This document shows, piece by piece, positions 38,298 to 42,690 of a stretch of DNA of 42,690 nt. Origin of the DNA: Thermoplasmata archaeon (GTDB taxonomy: Archaea > Thermoplasmatota > Thermoplasmata > Lutacidiplasmatales > UBA184). Where the stretch lies: assembly GCA_049800095.1 (NCBI GenBank), contig JBARJD010000044.1:1-42690 (forward strand), given 5' to 3'. The translations under genes were made by a program, and so were the position numbers. The notes below the pieces were generated by a model. The model was not told the origin of the DNA. It worked only from the letters and a program-made list of their open reading frames with translations, and did no database searches. Position 1 is the first letter of the stretch. Each line of letters starts with the position of its first letter.

Positions 38298-38347
38298 GAT
38301 GCAATCCCCCTTGCACCCGAACGGCTTCATTCAAAGCGACTTGCACC
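38298..38347. repeat. Composite element: palindrome (1 mismatch) plus an extra TTGCACC half-site 30 nt downstream
   Basis: GaTGCAA tccccc TTGCACC cgaacggcttca TTCAAAGCGAC TTGCACC. Confidence 0.75.
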
Positions 38348-38626
38348 TGCGCCGACGATCGGCGAAGGTATTGGCAAGCCAGGATTACCTAGACCGATTC
38401 CCAGCCTAGACTCTAGGGCGAGGTCAAGCTCATTCAACAAGTCCCATAATCTCGAATTATTCCGGATAAGCGCGGGCCTCGGATCGATTCGAACCTGCTG
38501 CAACGAAACACCCTTCTCTAACCTGCGAAAACATTCGTCGAGGTCACCAATCTCATCGAGCAACGTGTGAGGCCCTGCCCGAGGTCGCGTGGGCCACTCC
38601 GAATCGATCTGAGCTGTGAAGGGCAT
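38327..38626 (-). CDS. Hypothetical protein (weak call)
   Basis: 99-aa ORF starting 3 nt after the cupin stop. Its 3' end overlaps the composite repeat, and no family was recognised. Confidence 0.3.
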   Translation of the reverse strand: MPFTAQIDSEWPTRPRAGPHTLLDEIGDLDECFRRLEKGVSLQQVRIDPRPALIRNNSRLWDLLNELDLALESRLGIGLGNPGLPIPSPIVGAGASRFE

Positions 38627-38629
38627 TTC

Positions 38630-39109
38630 CTAAAGTGGATCGGACTCCGAGAGGGGCGGTCCGACCACTTTCATGAAGGCCCGCTCCGCGATGGCCCGGT
38701 AGGCCTCCGGGGCGAACCCTCCGGGCGGTTGCGTGGCCATTTCTTCGAAGAACCTCTCCATGCCCGACGGAACGAACATCTCGAGGTACCGGGCCGGAAC
38801 GCTACCGATGTTCTGGAGACAATGGGGCGTACCCCGAGCAACAAAGACAAAGGATTCCGCGGGTGCCCGAAAGATCTCTTGGTCCGCCTTGAACCGAAGT
38901 TCTCCTTCAAGGACAAACCACATCTCGTCCTCTCGGACATGGACGTGGAGCGGGGGGCCAGCCCCGGGCGGAACCCGGTGTTCGAGCAGGGTGAAGGTTC
39001 CATCAGTGGTCTCGGCACGCGCCTTGATTAGACTCGATAACCCAGATGGCCCCGGAATGACTTGACCCCCGCCCGACAGAACCAGAAACGCGCGGCTCCG
39101 CTCGACCAT
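38630..39109 (-). CDS. Cupin-domain protein
   Basis: GAGPPLHVHVREDEMWFVLEGELRF...ARGTPHCLQN are cupin motifs 1 and 2. Confidence 0.8.
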   Translation of the reverse strand: MVERSRAFLVLSGGGQVIPGPSGLSSLIKARAETTDGTFTLLEHRVPPGAGPPLHVHVREDEMWFVLEGELRFKADQEIFRAPAESFVFVARGTPHCLQNIGSVPARYLEMFVPSGMERFFEEMATQPPGGFAPEAYRAIAERAFMKVVGPPLSESDPL

Positions 39110-39312
39110 CTTTGCACCCGAAACCCCTGACCGCGCTTAGTCTACTTGAACGCGAGCCTTTGCGAGTTCCGGGTCCAACCGTTCCGCCTTCGTTCGTGGG
39201 GGAATCCAGAACCCGTCCTTATGGAACCCAAGGCCTTTCAACGTTAGATTGGCTTCAGAAGGCGGTCGAACGGTGACCCCTGGATGTGTCCGCTTCGAGC
39301 TGCCAGAGACAA

Positions 39313-39332
39313 GCGTGCAACCTCCATTGCAC
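39313..39332. repeat. Intergenic palindrome (1 mismatch)
   Basis: cGTGCAA cctcca TTGCACC. Confidence 0.8.
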
Positions 39333-39441
39333 CTAAAGTGTTCCCGGAGATTCTCAGCAGGGCGCTCGGCCCGGGGTCTGTTTCCGTTCGTCCTCCCTCG
39401 CTTTAGAAATTCTTAAGTCCAATTGTCCCAATTGGTAACCG

Positions 39442-39660
39442 ATGCTGACCGATCCCCCAACGACTATCACCATCCGGAGTTCCACCCTCCGCAGTCTCTC
39501 GCTGTACAAGGTTGGCGGAAAGTCCTACGATGAGGTCTTGAAGGGCCTGATGGAAGAGGTCCCCCCCGAGTCGTTTCTCCGGTGGGCAAAAGACGAATTG
39601 AAGCGCCCGACTCAATCTCTGGTTCAAATGAGGAAGTCCTTGGGTCTCTCTGAGCCCTGA
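39442..39660 (+). CDS. Small antitoxin (PF02697-like)
   Basis: MLTDPPTTITIRSSTLRSLSLYKVGGKSYDEVLKGLMEEVPPE... Confidence 0.75.
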   Translation: MLTDPPTTITIRSSTLRSLSLYKVGGKSYDEVLKGLMEEVPPESFLRWAKDELKRPTQSLVQMRKSLGLSEP

Positions 39661-39929
39661 TGCCCAGGGTACGTTTCTCGCCCGAGGGCGGGCACTCCCT
39701 CCGCAAACTACCGCAATTGTACCTTGAGAAGTTCAACACGGCCTTTTCTATCATTGAGGCGGGCGGTCCAGGAGCTGCCCAAGTCGACACCCATCCTCTC
39801 TCGGGCAGTCAGCAGCTGTGGACCCTCCGCATCGGACCATACCGGGGCGTATTTCGATGGGACGGCGATGAGGCGCGATTCATCCGGTTCGGCCACCGAC
39901 GTTCGGTTTACCAACGCCTCCCCAAGTGA
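39660..39929 (+). CDS. RelE/ParE-family toxin
   Basis: TGATG overlap with the antitoxin gene. ...QLWTLRIGPYRGVFRWDGDEARFIRFGHR. Confidence 0.8.
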   Translation: MPRVRFSPEGGHSLRKLPQLYLEKFNTAFSIIEAGGPGAAQVDTHPLSGSQQLWTLRIGPYRGVFRWDGDEARFIRFGHRRSVYQRLPK

Positions 39930-39968
39930 CGAATCCCGAGGCGGTAGTGCGAAACAGACAGGGGACAG

Positions 39969-39988
39969 GGCGCAATTTCCATTGCACC
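39969..39988. repeat. Intergenic palindrome (1 mismatch)
   Basis: GGcGCAA tttcca TTGCACC. Confidence 0.8.
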
Positions 39989-40065
39989 CCTGGCCCCTCG
40001 ATGCCGAGGCTGAACTAGACCCGGCAAAGACCATCTCGCCCGCCGACATACCATAAAACCAAGAG

Positions 40066-40812
40066 ATGGGAGAATACCTCGATGCAAACGGCCTGAGGAC
40101 CTATTTTGAGCGGCGTGGGTCCGGCGACCCCGTTCTGTTGCTCCACGGAGGGGGAGGGACCGCTGAATCACTTACAGCGCTTGCAGACATTCTCGCCGAA
40201 CACTACGAAGTACTGATTCCTGAGAGAAGATGGCACGCTAGGACGGCTTGTGTCGGAAAGGAACTGACCTACGAGGTCATGGCCGAAGACACGATCGCCT
40301 TCATGGACCGACTCGGAGTTACAGATGCGCACCTGATTGGCCAAAGCGATGGGGCCAACGTTGCCCTGCTTACTGCAGTTCAACGCCCAGACCACGTTCG
40401 GAAACTCGTGTTAATGGGTGGCAATTTCAACACGGACTATTTATCGTCCGAATCGAGAGCCTGGCTGAAGGGACTCTCTCCTGAGATTGCACGACAGGTC
40501 TTTCCATCGGTGGTCGACCTGTACTTCAATGTCACCCCCGACGCCGAGGCGCGATTCCCTGTCCTTCTCCAGATGCTTGGAAACCTCTACGCATCTGATT
40601 GGAGGATCCCGACCATGAGTCTTGAAGGAGTTGCGACCAAGACTCTGGTAATGGCGGGGGATAGAGACTCAGTCCCGATCGCACACACCCTGGAGTTGTT
40701 CCGATCAATCCCAAATGCCCAGTTGTGCGTGGTCCCGGAAGCCGACCACGAATTTGCTCGAAAAAAGCCGGAATTGATAGGACCCATCATTGTACGCTTC
40801 CTTGGGTCGTAG
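40066..40812 (+). CDS. Alpha/beta hydrolase
   Basis: VLLLHGGGG..., nucleophile elbow IGQSDGA, and C-terminal ...VPEADHEF. Confidence 0.88.
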   Translation: MGEYLDANGLRTYFERRGSGDPVLLLHGGGGTAESLTALADILAEHYEVLIPERRWHARTACVGKELTYEVMAEDTIAFMDRLGVTDAHLIGQSDGANVALLTAVQRPDHVRKLVLMGGNFNTDYLSSESRAWLKGLSPEIARQVFPSVVDLYFNVTPDAEARFPVLLQMLGNLYASDWRIPTMSLEGVATKTLVMAGDRDSVPIAHTLELFRSIPNAQLCVVPEADHEFARKKPELIGPIIVRFLGS

Positions 40813-40862
40813 CTAACGCTCCATTCTGCCGTGTGGTTGAAATTCAGGCATGAGTGCAATCC

Positions 40863-40883
40863 CCATTGCAACCAGACTACTCC
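40863..40883. repeat. Intergenic palindrome (variant arms)
   Basis: aGTGCAA tcccca TTGCAaCC, preceded by CATG. Confidence 0.7.
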
Positions 40884-40980
40884 CAGAGACGCCCGACGCG
40901 ACGTTCGTTCCCGGGTCAAGTGCGGCCCACCCTCCGTTCTCACAGAAACTGTCAAGTCCAACTGCTCCAATAGGACTGTA

Positions 40981-41199
40981 ATGTTGGCCGATCCTCCGAC
41001 GACTATCACCATCCGGAGTTCGACCCTCCGTAACCTCTTGTTGTACAAGATCGGCGGCAGGTCGTATGATGAGGTCCTGAGAAGCCTCATGGAGGAGGTC
41101 CCTCCCGAGTCGCTTCTTCGATGGATGAAAGAAGAGCTAAAACGTCCGACCCGATCGTTGGCGCAAGTCAGGAAATCCCTGGGTCTTCCTGAGCCCTGA
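40981..41199 (+). CDS. Small antitoxin (paralog of 39442)
   Basis: MLADPPTTITIRSSTLRNLLLYKIGGRSYDEVLRSLMEEVPPE..., taken from the internal Met of track ORF 40831..41199. Confidence 0.75.
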   Translation: MLADPPTTITIRSSTLRNLLLYKIGGRSYDEVLRSLMEEVPPESLLRWMKEELKRPTRSLAQVRKSLGLPEP

Positions 41200-41294
41200 T
41201 GCCCCGGGTCCGCTTCTCGCCAGTGGGGAGTCGGTCCCTCGGCAAGCCCAGGTGCAGTCATGGTACTATGCCTTCGCAAGTAGCATTCTGACCC
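41199..41294 (+). pseudogene. Truncated RelE/ParE toxin remnant
   Basis: Same TGATG junction as at 39658. MPRVRFSPVGSRSLGKP... parallels MPRVRFSPEGGHSLRKLP of 39660, then diverges and stops after 31 codons. Confidence 0.55.
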
Positions 41295-41575
41295 GGTGGA
41301 AGGTGTGGCTCACGCCGCCGTCGCCGATTCTTCGTGGAAGTCCGCCCCCACCGGGATAGCGCATTCCGGAAGCCGCCGAAGACTTCCCGCCCGCAGGGGC
41401 CCTTCCTGGGGCCTCCCGAGGCGAAATCCCAGTGTAAAGCATGGAAGGTCCCAACAATCGAAAGTCCGTTGGGTAGATTTCCGCGTTCGGGGTGCGTCGC
41501 ATCCTGCAACTCTTTGGGGTGAACTGAGTCGGGTCGCAGCGGACCTTGCAAAGGGAGAGGTGGTCGCGGAGTGCT

Positions 41576-41597
41576 CATATATTCGTACATATATTCG
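41576..41597 (+). promoter_or_regulatory. Direct repeat CATATATTCG x2 in the AT-rich promoter region of the wHTH-MNT gene
   Basis: CATATATTCG ta CATATATTCG, ending 12 nt before the ATG at 41609. Confidence 0.5.
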
Positions 41598-41608
41598 ATA
41601 AATCAATC

Positions 41609-42202
41609 ATGCGCTTCCACAACGAGTTCGATGACATTCTCGGAAATCGTATCCGACTCCGACTGCTTCGCATACTAGCCCGAACGGGGGGCCAGGGTCT
41701 AACCGGACGCGAGTTGGCCCGGATGTGCGGTGCGTCCTCATCACAAACGATCGCCTCGCTCCAACGCCTGGAGGACTCTGGTCTAATCCTGCGTGACATC
41801 GCCGGCCGCGCCCACATCTGGCGGTTTGCGGATGGGCATGCTCTCGGCCCAGTCCTGACGAGTCTCTTCAGGGCGGAGGCCGAATCTCTTACCACCCTAA
41901 AGAAGGACATCGAGAGTGTAATTCGGAACTTACCTGTCCACCGAGCAGTCCTGTTCGGCTCCGTTGCCCGAGGAGACGAACGCCCTACCAGCGACGTGGA
42001 CCTCCTCGTCGTGGTCCGATCTCGCGCTGACAAAGGGAGGGTAGAGGAGGCGCTGGGCGCGGCCAGTATTGACTTCGCAACCAAGTTTGGGAACCCGCTC
42101 TCGTCCCTGGTGATCGAGGAGAGGCAGCTGCGCTCTCCCCCCAACCCATCACTGTTGACGAACATTCGCCACGACGGGGTCGAGCTGGAGACGAGTGCTT
42201 GA
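41609..42202 (+). CDS. Winged-helix - minimal nucleotidyltransferase (MNT) fusion protein
   Basis: RIRLRLLRILARTGGQGLTGRELARMCGASSSQTIASLQRLEDSGLI (wHTH), followed by LFGSVARGDERPTSDVDLLVVV (NTase motif). The start is taken at the internal Met (MRFHNEF). Confidence 0.8.
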   Translation: MRFHNEFDDILGNRIRLRLLRILARTGGQGLTGRELARMCGASSSQTIASLQRLEDSGLILRDIAGRAHIWRFADGHALGPVLTSLFRAEAESLTTLKKDIESVIRNLPVHRAVLFGSVARGDERPTSDVDLLVVVRSRADKGRVEEALGAASIDFATKFGNPLSSLVIEERQLRSPPNPSLLTNIRHDGVELETSA

Positions 42203-42621
42203 CGCCGTCTCGCATCGAGGTTCTCCCTAAAGACCGGGGGGCAGTCTATCTGCGACGAGCCGAGAATCTCCTGAAAGTGATGGAGGTCGCGGATGAGGCA
42301 GGGAACCCAGATGGGATTGTTACTAACGCGGTCCAGGCCGGGATTGCTCTAGGGGATGCCTACACGGTATCATTGGTCCGGCGGCGAAGCCGCGGTCAAG
42401 ATCACAGCGAGGTCCTGCTCTTGGTGCGTGAATGCCCATCTCCGAGCACCCCTGAAGTGAGCAGTCTTCTTCAACGCATCCTGAACCGCAGGAGCGAGCT
42501 TCTGTATGAGAGCCGAGATGTCTCGCTTCGACAGGCTCGGGAACTCGCAAACCTCGCCCGCAAGCTACATTCGGCCGTCCGGTCGGCGATCTCGTCACCT
42601 TCAACGAGCTTAGGGAAGTAA
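42199..42621 (+). CDS. HEPN-domain protein (putative cognate toxin)
   Basis: TTG start overlapping the MNT stop by 4 nt. Helical, with RSRGQDH fitting Rx4-6H. Confidence 0.65.
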   Translation: MTPSRIEVLPKDRGAVYLRRAENLLKVMEVADEAGNPDGIVTNAVQAGIALGDAYTVSLVRRRSRGQDHSEVLLLVRECPSPSTPEVSSLLQRILNRRSELLYESRDVSLRQARELANLARKLHSAVRSAISSPSTSLGK

Positions 42622-42665
42622 TCGGTAACCCAACCGGGGAGCTGCTTCCGGCCGAAGGAGCCTTG

Positions 42666-42685
42666 GGTGCAATCAACCTTGCACC
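42666..42685. repeat. Intergenic palindrome, perfect copy
   Basis: GGTGCAA tcaacc TTGCACC, followed by CACTT as in the 3222 copy. Confidence 0.9.
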
Positions 42686-42690
42686 CACTT

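Larger units (their letters stand above)
36857..38317 (+). repeat. Tandem duplication, two units of exactly 720 bp (palindrome - promoter - antitoxin - toxin), closed by a third palindrome
   Basis: Corresponding landmarks are offset by exactly 720 bp: palindromes at 36857, 37578 (721 bp from the first) and 38298; TTTAAA at 36961 and 37681; ATG at 37001 and 37721; GTG at 37221 and 37941. Confidence 0.9.

Overview
GC-rich prokaryotic window, probably archaeal. The evidence for archaeal origin is AT-rich TATA-like boxes about 25 nt upstream of start codons (leaderless-type spacing), an MscL with a C-terminal zinc ribbon, and archaeal-style small antitoxins; this is an inference and no rRNA or tRNA gene is present to confirm it. 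Positions 1-20 kb carry mostly housekeeping or accessory metabolism genes: APC permease, CN-hydrolase, mscL, DHFR-like protein, VOC protein, a PKD/FN3 surface protein, a GT2 glycosyltransferase, two M29-like aminopeptidase paralogs flanking a Ser/Thr-rich surface protein, an aldo-keto reductase and a beta-carbonic anhydrase. There is also a short run of decayed genes at 19.2-21 kb. Positions 21-42.7 kb form an accessory island. It contains a tyrosine recombinase flanked by two inverted cyclase-TolB-like-TPR paralogs; a third copy lies at 7.9-9.8 kb and a decayed fourth at 28.5-29.5 kb. The island also holds two AbiE-like wHTH + minimal-nucleotidyltransferase pairs, two MNT/HEPN modules, five small-antitoxin/RelE-type modules (two as an exact 720-bp-period tandem duplication, one with a truncated toxin), a hepT remnant, a C39-like peptidase, a 7-repeat FG-GAP propeller protein, a TauE/SafE permease, a cupin and an alpha/beta hydrolase. 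The most unusual signal is a heavily over-represented 20-bp intergenic palindrome, GGTGCAA-N6-TTGCACC. It has 5 perfect copies, 8 one-mismatch copies and about 9 variant or degenerate copies, and it sits roughly once per intergenic spacer across the island, bounding the gene cassettes. Many long antisense ORFs in the supplied track are GC-driven artefacts and are not called.
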